A DNA stretch of 64,000 bases from positions 768,001 through 832,000 of the forward strand of contig CAXXWS020000002.1 of assembly GCA_963665325.3 (NCBI GenBank), written 5' to 3'. The stretch is from Alphaproteobacteria bacterium (GTDB taxonomy: Bacteria > Pseudomonadota > Alphaproteobacteria > Bin95). The position numbers were made by a program, and so were the translations under genes. Positions 50,017 to 60,490 of the stretch are shown here, in pieces; position 1 is the stretch's first letter, and each line of letters starts with the position of its first letter. The notes beneath the pieces were generated by a model. That model saw only the letters and a list, made by a program, of their open reading frames with translations. It had not been told where the DNA came from and did not search any database.

Positions 50017-51174
50017 TCACTCGGCTGCCGCCTTGCGGGCCTCTTCCCTCGCGATTTCGGCGGCGATGGCTTCGGCGGCGGTGCCGACGAAGAGTTCGCG
50101 GTTCTCGTGGCTGTAGTCGTAGGACTCGCGTCTCAGCGCATTGGAGCCCTGGAAATGCGGCATCACATAGCGCTGCACCAGCTCGAAATGGCGCTTGGTC
50201 TCGGGGAAATCGGCCCAGTTGTGGGCAAGCTCCAGAAACGCGCCGAAGCCGCCGGAGCCTTCCTGCAGGAGCTCGATATGCTCGATCATGTCGTCGGGCG
50301 TGCCGATGACCGCCATGCGGTTCTCGGTGAGATAGGCCACCGGGTCGTCGATCTCCGGCGGCACGATGGGGAAGGTCGCGATCTCGCGGAAATATTTGGC
50401 CCAGAGTTCGAGGCCGAATTCGACATTGCGGTAGGCCTGCTCGCGCGTCTCGGCGATATGGGCGAGCGTGACGATGCGCCAGTTGGCGCGGTCCACGGTC
50501 TTGCCGTTCTCGGCCGCCGCCCGCTCGCAGAGTTTCCAGTTGTTGGCGTGCGCCTCGAGCGCCTCGGGCGAGGTGCCGCCGATGGACAGCATGCCGAGCC
50601 CGTGCTTGCCCGCCGCCAGCCCGCCCGCCGGCGAGCGCGCGCAGGCCACCGCCATCTCCATATGCGGCCAGCTGTAGTTCGCCATCTGGAGCTGGGCCTC
50701 GCGCAGCTCGAACCAGTCGGTCTTCATCGAGACCCGCTCGCCGCGGAGCAGCGCCATCAGCGCGTCGATGGCCTCGTTCATCATGCGGCGCTGTTCGCGC
50801 GGGTCGATGCCCATGCGGAAGGCATCGCCGGCCAGCGCGCCCGGCCCCACGCCGAACATGCTGCGCCCCTTGGTCATGTGGTCGAGCTGCACCATCCGGT
50901 CGGCGAGCGCGAAGGGATGGTGGTAGGGCAGCGAGACGACGCCCGTGCCGAGCCGGATATGGCGTGTTCGCTCGGCCGCCGCGGCTATGAACATTTCCGG
51001 GCAGGCGATGATCTCGAAGCCGCCCGAATGGTGCTCGCCTATCCATGCCTCGTGGTAGCCGAGCCGGTCGAGATGCTCGACCAGTTCCATGTCCCGGTCG
51101 AGGCAGGCGGTCGGGTTCTCATTCACGGGATGGAAGGGGGCGAGGAAGATGCCGAAACGAAGCGGGGCGGGCAT
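50017..51174 (-). CDS. Luciferase-like (LLM) flavin monooxygenase, limonene 1,2-monooxygenase-like
   Basis: FGIFLAPFH, WIGEHHSGG, LGTGVVSLPYHHP, GVGPGAL, IGTPDD. Confidence 0.88.
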   Translation of the reverse strand: MPAPLRFGIFLAPFHPVNENPTACLDRDMELVEHLDRLGYHEAWIGEHHSGGFEIIACPEMFIAAAAERTRHIRLGTGVVSLPYHHPFALADRMVQLDHMTKGRSMFGVGPGALAGDAFRMGIDPREQRRMMNEAIDALMALLRGERVSMKTDWFELREAQLQMANYSWPHMEMAVACARSPAGGLAAGKHGLGMLSIGGTSPEALEAHANNWKLCERAAAENGKTVDRANWRIVTLAHIAETREQAYRNVEFGLELWAKYFREIATFPIVPPEIDDPVAYLTENRMAVIGTPDDMIEHIELLQEGSGGFGAFLELAHNWADFPETKRHFELVQRYVMPHFQGSNALRRESYDYSHENRELFVGTAAEAIAAEIAREEARKAAAE

Positions 51175-51255
51175 GGGAATGCAGGTCCTTCTGGCAGGTC
51201 GCCGCGCATATTGCCCCTGCGGTTCCGATAAGGAAAGGCGCAGGCCTGTTGCCGC

Positions 51256-52497
51256 CTACGGCGCCTTGAGCGCGCGCCACGGACGGACCGCGGGAATGGC
51301 GAGCAGGACCAGGGCCATACAGGCGAGCCCTTCCGCAGCCATGATCCCGACCGCGGTCTGGGCGCCGAAATGCTCCGCCATGAACCCGACATGAAGCGTG
51401 CCGACCGGCCCGCCCGCGCCGATGGAAACGGTCATTACTCCCATGACGCGCGCGCGGAGCGCCGGCGCGGCGCTGTACAGAATCAACGCGCCCTGCATGG
51501 CCGCGAAACCCGCGAAGCCGATGCCGCTCGCCAGCAGTACGGCCATGGCCTCGGGATAGCCCGGGGTGAAGGAAAAGCCGACGATGCACGCGAGGAACGC
51601 TGCGCCCGAAACGACATAGAGGCACAGGAAATGCCGGGGTCGGACGAACGCGGCTATGACCAGCGCGGTAGCGAATGCGGTCACCGCCTCGGCGGACATC
51701 AGCGAGCTGGTCGCGAGCGCATCGAGCCCCAGCACTGCCTTGCCGATAACCGGGATCATGTTGAGATAGGGGAAGCCGAAAACATTCATCGTCACTGTCA
51801 GCAGGATCGTGCCCAGCACCACCGGCACATGCGGCAGATAAGCGAAGGCATCGCGGACATCGGAGAAGATGCCCCGGCCGGCGGGCGGCGCGGGCGGCCT
51901 CCGGTAGGAGGTGAAAAGCAGGAGCAGCGCGCCGCCGCCGAAACAGGCCACGCTTGCCAGATAGGCGCCCGAAATGCCGATAGTGAGCATCAGCGCGCCG
52001 CCGGCGAGCGGCCCCAGCATCCGGGTAAGGTTGGCGGTGGCGCTGTCCAGGGCCATGGCGGTGCCGAATCGCGACGGTCCGGCGAGGTCCCCCAGCATGG
52101 TGCGCCTGACCGGGAAGTCGAGCGCCCAGATGACTCCGCTGCAAAAGACCCCGGCCGCAACGTGATAGACCGTCAGATCGCCGAGGAACGCCAGGAGGGT
52201 CAGCAGGCCCATGACGGCAGCCATGGCGGCGAAGGCAATGACGAGAATCCTGCGGCGGTCGCCGCGTTCCGAGATCGCGCCGGCAAAGGCGCCAAGCAGG
52301 AACATCGGCGCCTGACGGAGAAACAGCACCAGCGCAACCGCCATCGGCGAGCCCGTTTCTTCGACGACGAACCAGCCTACGGCCAGCACTTCAAGCCAGC
52401 GCACGCTGCCGGCCAGCGCACCGGCGGCCCAGGCGCGGCGGAAGCGCTTGCGGGACAGCAGGCGCAGCGGGGCGGCAGCTACGAGCCGGCGGGGCAT
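51256..52497 (-). CDS. MFS transporter
   Basis: About 12 TM, GAISERGDRRR, DFPVRR, ALDS...RMLGP, LRARVMG. Confidence 0.85.
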   Translation of the reverse strand: MPRRLVAAAPLRLLSRKRFRRAWAAGALAGSVRWLEVLAVGWFVVEETGSPMAVALVLFLRQAPMFLLGAFAGAISERGDRRRILVIAFAAMAAVMGLLTLLAFLGDLTVYHVAAGVFCSGVIWALDFPVRRTMLGDLAGPSRFGTAMALDSATANLTRMLGPLAGGALMLTIGISGAYLASVACFGGGALLLLFTSYRRPPAPPAGRGIFSDVRDAFAYLPHVPVVLGTILLTVTMNVFGFPYLNMIPVIGKAVLGLDALATSSLMSAEAVTAFATALVIAAFVRPRHFLCLYVVSGAAFLACIVGFSFTPGYPEAMAVLLASGIGFAGFAAMQGALILYSAAPALRARVMGVMTVSIGAGGPVGTLHVGFMAEHFGAQTAVGIMAAEGLACMALVLLAIPAVRPWRALKAP

Positions 52498-52533
52498 CCG
52501 GGCGCCCTCAAGCCCCGCAGCCGGGGCTTATCG

Positions 52534-52564
52534 AAAAAAGGCCCGGCGCTCGGCCGGGCCTTTT
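52534..52564 (-). terminator. Rho-independent terminator downstream of tRNA-Ala (bidirectional shape)
   Basis: Minus strand AAAAGGCCCGGC-CGAGC-GCCGGGCC-TTTTTT; second hairpin AAGCCCCG-CAGC-CGGGGCTT at 52510-52529. Confidence 0.8.
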
Positions 52565-52572
52565 GGATGGGT

Positions 52573-52648
<76 letters not shown>

Positions 52649-52744
52649 TAAGGTGTCGGCGCGGCGCGCGAACCGGCTTCCGGCGCGCCGGAAGCGGGCA
52701 ATATAATCGCCGACCTCGATTGCGGGCAAGTGCGAGTCGGCGGC

Positions 52745-53062
52745 TCAGACCTCGCCCTCCCCGTCCTTCTTGGTGCCGGCAGGAACAACCTCGCCGATAT
52801 CGTCGTCGTCCAGATCCTCAACGTCCTCCTCGTCCTCGTTCTCGTCATCGAGATCGATATCGTCTTCGGCCTCTTCCTTCGGCGCCGGCTTCTTGGGCGC
52901 CGGGCGCGGGGCGGGCGGCTTGACACGGCGGGGTTTCTGGAAATTCGCCTGCGGATGCTCCGCCCCGCATTCAGGGCAGACCGCAGGGTCCCTTCCGAGG
53001 TCGTAGAACTTGGCATTGCATGATGCACAGACACGCTTGCTGCCGAGGTTCGGTCGGGCCAC
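52745..53062 (-). CDS. FYDLN acidic-tail protein (TIGR02300-like)
   Basis: [28 protein letters not shown] zinc ribbon plus D/E tail; GTG after GGAGA; usual position between tRNA-Ala and aroA. Confidence 0.9.
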   Translation of the reverse strand: MARPNLGSKRVCASCNAKFYDLGRDPAVCPECGAEHPQANFQKPRRVKPPAPRPAPKKPAPKEEAEDDIDLDDENEDEEDVEDLDDDDIGEVVPAGTKKDGEGEV

Positions 53063-53173
53063 GGGCGGTCTCCAGAAAGCGGACAAACGAAAGCGGCGAG
53101 CGTTTGCCAGAAGGCCGGCGGAGTGTCAAAACGAATTCGACCGAACGGCGGACCGGATAGGGAGGATGAACCT

Positions 53174-54487
53174 GTGACGGGGACAGGCGGGGCGGTATCG
53201 CGCCCGTGCGGCGCTCTTGAAGGAGAGGTCAGCGTGCCGGGCGACAAGTCCGTTTCGCACCGGGCGCTGATGCTTGCCGGCGTCGCGGTCGGCGAGACGA
53301 AAATCGACGGCCTCCTCGAAGGCGAGGATGTGCTGGCGACTGCTGCAGCGCTGCGTGCGCTGGGTGTGGAGGTGGAGCGGACAGGACCGGGTCGCTGGCA
53401 GGTTCACGGGCGCGGAGTCGGCGGGCTGGCGGAGCCGGAAAATGTACTCGACATGGGCAATTCCGGAACCGCCGCGCGACTTCTGCTCGGTTTGCTGGCG
53501 ACCCATCCGCTGACAGCGACGCTGACCGGCGACGCTTCGCTCAGGTCGCGTCCGATGCGCCGGGTGAGCGAGCCGCTCTCTCGATTCGGCGCAGCGTTCC
53601 ATGGTCGAGCGGGCGGCAGGCTGCCGCTCACTGTCGTCGGCACCCGCAGTCCCGTGCCGGTGCGCTATGAACTGCCGGTCGCCTCGGCGCAGGTGAAATC
53701 GGCAGTGTTGCTCGCCGGGCTGAACACACCGGGCGAGACGGTGGTGGTGGAGCCGTCGCCAACGCGCGACCACACGGAGCGCATGCTGCGGCATTTCGGA
53801 GCATGCGTGCGGCAGGAGGAGGGCGGCACGGTGCGGCTTACCGGCGAGCCGGAACTGACCGCAAGCGCGATCTCGGTGCCGGGCGACATTTCATCGGCGG
53901 CATTCCCGCTTGCGGCTGCCGCCATCGTGCCGGGCTCGCGAGTTGCAGTAACCGGCGTTGGCCTCAATCCGGGCCGCATCGGGCTCCTCCACACTCTTCG
54001 CGAAATGGGCGCCGCACTCGCTGTCGCCAATGAACGGGTCGAGGGCGGCGAGCCGGTCGGCGATGTCACCGTGGCCTGGAGCCCACTCACTGCTGTCGAT
54101 GTGCCGCCGGAGCGCGTGCCGAGCATGATCGACGAATTCCCTATCCTCGCGGTCGTGGCGGCATTCGCCGAGGGAACCACGCGCATGTCGGGCCTGGCCG
54201 AGCTTCGCGTCAAGGAAAGCGACCGCCTGGGCGCTATGGCGGCCGGGCTGGAGGCCTGCGGCGTCAGCGTGCGGGAAAGCGCCGATACCCTGGAGGTTGC
54301 GGGCGGCCAGCCGCACGGCGGCGTCGAGATCGCAAGCCGGCTCGACCACCGCATCGCCATGGCCTTCATGGTGCTGGGCATGGGCGCGCGCGAGGCCGTG
54401 CGCATCGACGATATCGTACCGGTAGCGACTTCCTTTCCCGGTTTCGTCGGGCTGATGAACCGGCTCGGTGCGGCGGTCGAGGCGTGA
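53174..54487 (+). CDS. aroA: 3-phosphoshikimate 1-carboxyvinyltransferase
   Basis: [46 protein letters not shown]; GTG after GGAGG. Confidence 0.96.
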   Translation: MTGTGGAVSRPCGALEGEVSVPGDKSVSHRALMLAGVAVGETKIDGLLEGEDVLATAAALRALGVEVERTGPGRWQVHGRGVGGLAEPENVLDMGNSGTAARLLLGLLATHPLTATLTGDASLRSRPMRRVSEPLSRFGAAFHGRAGGRLPLTVVGTRSPVPVRYELPVASAQVKSAVLLAGLNTPGETVVVEPSPTRDHTERMLRHFGACVRQEEGGTVRLTGEPELTASAISVPGDISSAAFPLAAAAIVPGSRVAVTGVGLNPGRIGLLHTLREMGAALAVANERVEGGEPVGDVTVAWSPLTAVDVPPERVPSMIDEFPILAVVAAFAEGTTRMSGLAELRVKESDRLGAMAAGLEACGVSVRESADTLEVAGGQPHGGVEIASRLDHRIAMAFMVLGMGAREAVRIDDIVPVATSFPGFVGLMNRLGAAVEA

Positions 54488-55140
54488 TCGTCACCATCGA
54501 CGGGCCGGCAGCGGCCGGCAAGGGCACGCTGGCGCGCCGGCTCGCGGCCGCCCTCGGCTATGTGTATCTCGACACGGGCGCCCTCTACCGCGCGGTCGCC
54601 AAATCGGTCCTGGACGCAGGCGACAACCCGGACGATGCCGGGGAGGCCGCCGCGCATGCGGAAGCGCTGATCCCGACCGCGCTGGAGGATCCCGGCCTGC
54701 GGGACGAGGAGGTGGGCGATGCCGCCTCCCGCGTGGCCGCCCTGCCGGCGGTGCGGACCGCCCTGCTGGCGTTTCAGAGGCGGGTGGCGGCGACGCCGCC
54801 GGGAGCCGTGCTGGACGGGCGCGACACCGGGACCGTCGTCTGCCCGGAGGCGGAGCTCAAGCTGTTCGTAACGGCGAGCATCGAGGAGCGTGCGCACCGG
54901 CGCCTGGAAGAGTTGCGTTCCCGGGGGCAAGCGCATAAGTTACCGCAAGTTCTGGCCGAGGTTGCCGCGCGCGATTCGAGAGACCGTGCCCGGCCGACCG
55001 CGCCACTGCGGCCGGCAGACGATGCCGTCGAGATCGACACTACGGGAATGACCCCGGAGGCGATCTTCGAGCGGGCGTTGCTGCTGGCGGGTGAGCGTCT
55101 CGCGAAGTTTGAAGGCGGGTTGGGCCCGAGCGGACAATAA
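54484..55140 (+). CDS. cmk: Cytidylate kinase
   Basis: [31 protein letters not shown]. Confidence 0.96.
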   Translation: MIVTIDGPAAAGKGTLARRLAAALGYVYLDTGALYRAVAKSVLDAGDNPDDAGEAAAHAEALIPTALEDPGLRDEEVGDAASRVAALPAVRTALLAFQRRVAATPPGAVLDGRDTGTVVCPEAELKLFVTASIEERAHRRLEELRSRGQAHKLPQVLAEVAARDSRDRARPTAPLRPADDAVEIDTTGMTPEAIFERALLLAGERLAKFEGGLGPSGQ

Positions 55141-55218
55141 GGAAGGACTGGCCTGTCGTTCGCTGAGAAGGCGCGGGTGGCCAGCCGGTTTGCAGTTGGA
55201 AAGGAACGCAGCAGCCGA

Positions 55219-56994
55219 ATGGCTACTTCTCTTGCCGAAACCGGCGCGGCGGGCGCCGAAAAGGAAAACTTCGCAGCCCTGCTGGAAGAGTCGCTGGATG
55301 CGACCAAGGGCTTCGAAGGAACGGTCGTCAAAGGCAGGGTCATCGCGGTCGAAAACGACATGGCGCTGATCGATGTCGGACTTAAGGCGGAAGGGCGGGT
55401 GCCCCTCAAGGAGTTCACGACGCCCGGCCGGCCGGCGGAAATCTCGACCGGCGACGAAGTCGAGATCTATGTCGAGCGCCTTGAGGACAAGAACGGCGAG
55501 GCGGTACTCAGCCGCGACAAGGCGAAACGCGAGGAAGCCTGGAGCCATCTGGAAAGCGCGTTCAAGGACAGCGACAAGGTCTCCGGCGTTATCTTCGGCA
55601 AGGTGAAGGGCGGGTTCACCGTCGATCTTTCCGGGGCGGTCGCCTTCCTCCCGGGCAGCCAAGTCGATATCCGCCCGGTGCGCGACATCGGACCGCTGAT
55701 GGGTGCCCCGCAGCCCTTCATGATCCTCAAGATGGACCGTTCGCGCGGCAATATCGTGGTGTCGCGGCGCGCGGTGCTGGAGGAGAGCCGGGCCGAGGCG
55801 CGCAACGAACTCATCGCGAATCTGCGCGAAGGGCAGGTGTTGAACGGCGTCGTCAAGAACATTACCGACTACGGCGCCTTCATCGACCTGGGCGGCGTGG
55901 ACGGGCTGCTGCATGTCACCGACATCGCCTGGCACCGCATCAACCACCCGAGCGAAGCTCTCCAGATCGGCCAGACGGTTGAGGTCCAGGTCATCCGGTT
56001 CAACCTCGAAACCCAGCGTATCTCGCTCGGCATGAAGCAACTCCAGGTGGACCCCTGGGAAGGTGTGGCGCTCAAATATCCGGTGGGCGCGAACTATCGC
56101 GGCCGCGTCACCAACATCACGGACTACGGTGCGTTTGTTGAACTGGAGCCGGGTGTCGAGGGGCTTGTCCATGTCTCGGAGATGAGCTGGACCAAGAAGA
56201 ACGTCCATCCCGGCAAGATCGTGTCCACCAGCCAGGAGGTAGATGTACGCATCCTCGACCTGGACCTAGAGAAACGCCGTATCAGCCTCGGTATCAAGCA
56301 GACCCAGGGCAATCCCTGGGAGAGCTTCGTGGAGCAGTTCCCGCTCGGCAGCACTGTCGAAGGCGAGGTCAAGAACATCACCGAGTTTGGACTGTTCGTT
56401 GGCCTTCCAGGCGAAATCGACGGCATGGTGCACCTTTCGGACCTCGCTTGGGGACGCCAGGGCGACGACGCGGTGCAGGACTTCTCCAGAGGCGACACGG
56501 TCGAGGCGAAAGTGCTGGATGTGGATGTCGAGAAGGAGCGTATCAGCCTCGGCATCAAGCAGCTTTCCGAGGACCCGTTCGAGAGCGCGACGCGGAGTGC
56601 TGCGCGTAGCGGCGGCGGCGGCATACGCCGCGGTACGGTGTTGACCGTGACAGTAGCGTCCGTTCTGGAAAATGCTCTTGAGGTGACGCTGCCGGGCGAG
56701 CTGACGGGCATTATCCGGCGCAGCGAGCTCGGAAGGGAACGCTCTGAGCAGCGCCCAGACCGTTTCGCGGTCGGCGAGCGCATCGATGCCAAGATCACCC
56801 AGGTGGACAAGGCCGGCAGGCGTATCCAGCTTTCGATCAAGGCGTTGGAAATCGAGGAGGAACGCTCGGCGATGGAGCAGTTCGGCTCGTCCGACAGCGG
56901 CGCCAGCCTGGGCGATATCTTGGGCGCGGCACTCCGCAACCGGGTGCAGCAGGACGAAGCCGACGACAAGCAGGACGAAGCCGACGACAACTGA
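55219..56994 (+). CDS. rpsA: 30S ribosomal protein S1
   Basis: Tandem S1 domains (AFLPGSQVD, NITDYGAF, GLVHVSEMSW), GSSDSGASLGDILGAAL. Confidence 0.97.
   Translation: MATSLAETGAAGAEKENFAALLEESLDATKGFEGTVVKGRVIAVENDMALIDVGLKAEGRVPLKEFTTPGRPAEISTGDEVEIYVERLEDKNGEAVLSRDKAKREEAWSHLESAFKDSDKVSGVIFGKVKGGFTVDLSGAVAFLPGSQVDIRPVRDIGPLMGAPQPFMILKMDRSRGNIVVSRRAVLEESRAEARNELIANLREGQVLNGVVKNITDYGAFIDLGGVDGLLHVTDIAWHRINHPSEALQIGQTVEVQVIRFNLETQRISLGMKQLQVDPWEGVALKYPVGANYRGRVTNITDYGAFVELEPGVEGLVHVSEMSWTKKNVHPGKIVSTSQEVDVRILDLDLEKRRISLGIKQTQGNPWESFVEQFPLGSTVEGEVKNITEFGLFVGLPGEIDGMVHLSDLAWGRQGDDAVQDFSRGDTVEAKVLDVDVEKERISLGIKQLSEDPFESATRSAARSGGGGIRRGTVLTVTVASVLENALEVTLPGELTGIIRRSELGRERSEQRPDRFAVGERIDAKITQVDKAGRRIQLSIKALEIEEERSAMEQFGSSDSGASLGDILGAALRNRVQQDEADDKQDEADDN
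56949..56990 (+). repeat. Exact 21-bp tandem duplication at the rpsA 3' end
   Basis: GCAGGACGAAGCCGACGACAA x2, encoding QDEADDK QDEADDN. Confidence 0.9.
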
Positions 56995-57013
56995 CCCGGA
57001 GCCGCGGTCCTGA

Positions 57014-57928
57014 ATGGCCGCTATCCCGGAGCCCCGGCTTTACTATGCGCGGCTGAAGCGCCAACTTCGCCTGTGGCGGTTCGCGGCCCTGTTGGTCGCG
57101 GCGGCCGCGCTCGGGGCCGCTCTGTACGTTGCAACGGGCCCTGCCGGTGGCGGCAGCGACCATGTCGCGCGGATCAATATCGAGGGGTTCATTCGCGACG
57201 ACCGCACGCTGCGGCGTCAGCTGGATGAGATCGCTGCGGACGAGCGTGCCAGGGCGCTGCTGGTCGTTATCGACAGTTCCGGTGGGTCCGCGGCCGCGGC
57301 CGAAGCGCTCTATACGGCAGTCAGGAAGGTCGGCGCGGCCAAACCGGTCGCCGCCGTGCTGGGCTCGACGGCGGCGTCGGGAGCGTATTTGGTTGCCATT
57401 GGCGCGGACCGTATTTTCGCGCGCAACGCCACGCTGACGGGCTCCATCGGCGTCATTCTCCAGGCGCCACAGGTCGTGGGGCTGCTCGAAACGCTCGGTG
57501 TCGGTGTGGATGTCGTGCGCAGCGGTCCACTGAAGACGGTGCCGAACCCGGCCGAACGGTTGACGCCCGCTGGCCGCGCTGCCGTCCAGGCTCTCGTGGA
57601 CGAAATTTTCGAAATGTTCGTCGATATGGTGGCCGATCGCCGCCCACTCAGCCGGGCAGAAGTCCTGGCCGTGGCGGACGGCCGCGTTTTCACCGGACGG
57701 ACGGCTGTCGGAAATGGCCTCGCCGATGCGATTGGCGGCGAGGCAGCGGCGCGCGACTGGCTTGCCGAGGAGCATGGCATTGAGCGTGGCCTCGCAGCGA
57801 TCGATCGGGACCCTGAACGCGATGCCGGCCTGCTGGATCGGCTGGTCGGTCGTTTGTTGGGGAAAAGCACCGCTGCGGAAAGTCTTTTGCTTGACGGGCT
57901 GATGGCAGTTTGGCATCCTCCTCTTTAA
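57014..57928 (+). CDS. sppA: Signal peptide peptidase SppA (S49)
   Basis: N-terminal TM, IDSSGG, AASGAY, TGSIGV, ADGRVFTG, C-terminal LDGLMAVWHP. Confidence 0.92.
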   Translation: MAAIPEPRLYYARLKRQLRLWRFAALLVAAAALGAALYVATGPAGGGSDHVARINIEGFIRDDRTLRRQLDEIAADERARALLVVIDSSGGSAAAAEALYTAVRKVGAAKPVAAVLGSTAASGAYLVAIGADRIFARNATLTGSIGVILQAPQVVGLLETLGVGVDVVRSGPLKTVPNPAERLTPAGRAAVQALVDEIFEMFVDMVADRRPLSRAEVLAVADGRVFTGRTAVGNGLADAIGGEAAARDWLAEEHGIERGLAAIDRDPERDAGLLDRLVGRLLGKSTAAESLLLDGLMAVWHPPL

Positions 57929-57960
57929 TTCTATCATGCTGGTGATTGGGGGTTTGTATC

Positions 57961-58248
57961 ATGACACGTTCCGAACTCATCAGGCGAATAGCAGAACGGA
58001 ATCCCGAATTAGCGTACAGCGATGCTGTGAAATTAATTGCAACATTTTTCGACGAAATCTCGGGAGCGTTATCGCGCGGCGATCGTATCGAATTGCGTGG
58101 CTTCGGCGCATTTTGGACCAAACGAAGGGGCGAGCGTATTGGACGCAATCCCGCTACCGGTGATCCGGTGCCGGTCGAGGCGAAATCTCTTCCCGCCTTT
58201 AAGGCGGGGAAGCGCCTTCGCGAACGGTTGAACAGCGAATCGAAATAA
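57961..58248 (+). CDS. ihfB: Integration host factor beta subunit
   Basis: [35 protein letters not shown]. Confidence 0.93.
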   Translation: MTRSELIRRIAERNPELAYSDAVKLIATFFDEISGALSRGDRIELRGFGAFWTKRRGERIGRNPATGDPVPVEAKSLPAFKAGKRLRERLNSESK

Positions 58249-58261
58249 AGGCGGGCGGATC

Positions 58262-58570
58262 GTGGCGTTCCTCCGGGCAGCTTGCATTCTGGTGATCGCC
58301 CTGATTGCGGCTCTCTTTGCAGTCGAGAACATGCATGAAGTCGCTATCGGTGTTTTTCCGGTTGCATCGACCGTATCGCTGCCGGTTTACCTGATCGTTC
58401 TGGCACCGCTGGCGGCCGGCCTGATTGCAGGCTGGGCGTTTGCCAGGATTTCCGGTGGCGGGGTACGCAGCCGGCGACTGCGCCGGAAAGCCAGGCAGCC
58501 GGCGCACCGGAAAGAAACGGGGGCGGTGCGCAGAACCGGGGAAAACACGGTACTGCCAGCCACTCCGTGA
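58262..58570 (+). CDS. lapA: LapA-domain small membrane protein
   Basis: Two TM helices, FAVEN, LPVYL, basic tail; follows ihfB. Confidence 0.75.
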   Translation: MAFLRAACILVIALIAALFAVENMHEVAIGVFPVASTVSLPVYLIVLAPLAAGLIAGWAFARISGGGVRSRRLRRKARQPAHRKETGAVRRTGENTVLPATP

Positions 58571-59211
58571 TGCCGGTCCCGGTCAAGATTTGCGGCATCC
58601 GGAATCGACCGGTTCTGGACGGCGCCGTGGAAGGCGGCGCGGCGGCGGTGGGCTTCGTCTTCGCCGGCGGAAGCCCGCGAGAGGTGTCGCCGGAGGATGC
58701 GGCGAGGCTCGCACCGCATGTTCCGCCTGCCGTGCTCAAGGTCGGGCTCTTCGTGGACGCGGGCGACGAGGCTATCGACGCGGCGGTGAAAGCGTGCGGG
58801 CTCGATGTGCTGCAATTGCACGGCAAGGAAACGCCCGAGCGGGCCGCGGGGGTCCGCCGGCGCTTCGGTTGCGAAGTATGGAAGGCACTGCCCATCGCGG
58901 AACGGGCGGATGTTGCGGCAGCCTTTGCCTTTGAGAAGGCCGTGGACCGGCTTCTGTTCGACTCGCGGCCGCCGGCCGGCGCGCGCCTGCCGGGCGGCAA
59001 CGCCGTAGCCTTCGACTGGTCGCTGCTGGCCCCGCCCTTGCCGAAGCTGCCCTGGCTGCTGTCCGGAGGGTTGACGGCCGTCAATCTCGAGGAGGCGGTG
59101 CGCGTCTCCGGCGCCCGCATGGTCGATGTATCGTCCGGCGTCGAGCGAAGCCGGGGCGTCAAGGACCTGGAGTTGGTTCGCACCTTTCTGGAGAAGGCGG
59201 CGGCGCTTTGA
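58570..59211 (+). CDS. trpF: Phosphoribosylanthranilate isomerase
   Basis: [45 protein letters not shown]. Confidence 0.95.
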   Translation: MPVPVKICGIRNRPVLDGAVEGGAAAVGFVFAGGSPREVSPEDAARLAPHVPPAVLKVGLFVDAGDEAIDAAVKACGLDVLQLHGKETPERAAGVRRRFGCEVWKALPIAERADVAAAFAFEKAVDRLLFDSRPPAGARLPGGNAVAFDWSLLAPPLPKLPWLLSGGLTAVNLEEAVRVSGARMVDVSSGVERSRGVKDLELVRTFLEKAAAL

Positions 59212-59269
59212 TTCCGCCGTTCCGGCGCGTATGGTCCGATGCGATTGCGTGATCCGGGGAACGAACGCG

Positions 59270-60490
59270 ATGAGTCCCGATACCGCGGCCAACAGCTACC
59301 GCCTGGGGCCAGACGAGCGAGGCCATTTCGGCCTCTATGGCGGCCGCTATGTCGCCGAGACGCTGATGCCGCTCATCAGCGAGGTCGGCGCCGCCTATAA
59401 GCAGGTGAAAAACGATCCGGCATTCCACGAAGAGATGGGCCGGTTCCACAAGCACTATACCGGGCGCCCGAGCCCGCTCTATTTCGCCGAGCGGCTGACG
59501 GCGCATTTGGGCGGCGCGAAAATCTACTTCAAGCGCGACGAGCTGAACCACACCGGCTCGCACAAGATCAACAACTGCCTCGGGCAGATCCTGCTCGCCC
59601 GCCGCATGGGCAAGACGCGGATTATTGCAGAGACCGGCGCAGGGCAGCATGGCGTAGCGGCGGCGACGGTCTGTGCGCGGTTCGATCTCCCTTGCACGGT
59701 CTATATGGGCTCGGTCGATATCGACCGGCAGGCGCCGAACGTCTTCCGCATGCGCCTCCTCGGCGCGGAGGTGAAGGCGGTCGAGAGCGGCTCGCGCACC
59801 CTCAAGGACGCCCTCAACGAGGCGCTCCGCGACTGGGTCGCCAATGTCCACGACACCTTCTACATCATCGGCACGGCCGCGGGCCCCGCGCCCTATCCCG
59901 AGATGGTGCGCGACTTTCAGTGCGTCATCGGCGAGGAGGTGCGCTCGCAGATCGTGGAAGCCGAAGGCCGGTTGCCGGACACGGTGGTCGCCTGCATCGG
60001 CGGCGGATCGAACGCGATCGGCCTCTTCCACCCCTTCCTCGACGAGCCCGATGTGCGGATTGTCGGGGTGGAGGCGGCGGGGCGGGGGCTGGAGAGCGGC
60101 GAGCACGCGGCCTCGCTCACCGGCGGCGCCCCGGGCGTGCTGCACGGCAACCGCACCTATCTCCTCCAGAACGACGACGGCCAGATTACGGACGCGCATT
60201 CGATCTCGGCCGGTCTCGACTATCCGGGAATCGGGCCGGAGCACGCCTGGCTGAAGGATGCCGGGCGGGCGGAGTACATGTCGGCGACGGACGCGGAAGC
60301 GCTGGAAGCCTTCCAGCTCTGCGCCCGGCTGGAGGGCATCATCCCCGCGCTGGAGCCCGCGCATGCGCTCGCCTGGGTGATCCGCGCCGCGCCCGACCTG
60401 CCGCGGGACCATATCCTGGTGATGAACATGTGCGGACGCGGCGACAAGGATGTCTTCAGCGTCGGCGACGCGCTGGGGATCGAACTGTGA
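59270..60490 (+). CDS. trpB: Tryptophan synthase beta chain
   Basis: [11 protein letters not shown] (PLP Lys), [29 protein letters not shown]. Confidence 0.97.
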   Translation: MSPDTAANSYRLGPDERGHFGLYGGRYVAETLMPLISEVGAAYKQVKNDPAFHEEMGRFHKHYTGRPSPLYFAERLTAHLGGAKIYFKRDELNHTGSHKINNCLGQILLARRMGKTRIIAETGAGQHGVAAATVCARFDLPCTVYMGSVDIDRQAPNVFRMRLLGAEVKAVESGSRTLKDALNEALRDWVANVHDTFYIIGTAAGPAPYPEMVRDFQCVIGEEVRSQIVEAEGRLPDTVVACIGGGSNAIGLFHPFLDEPDVRIVGVEAAGRGLESGEHAASLTGGAPGVLHGNRTYLLQNDDGQITDAHSISAGLDYPGIGPEHAWLKDAGRAEYMSATDAEALEAFQLCARLEGIIPALEPAHALAWVIRAAPDLPRDHILVMNMCGRGDKDVFSVGDALGIEL

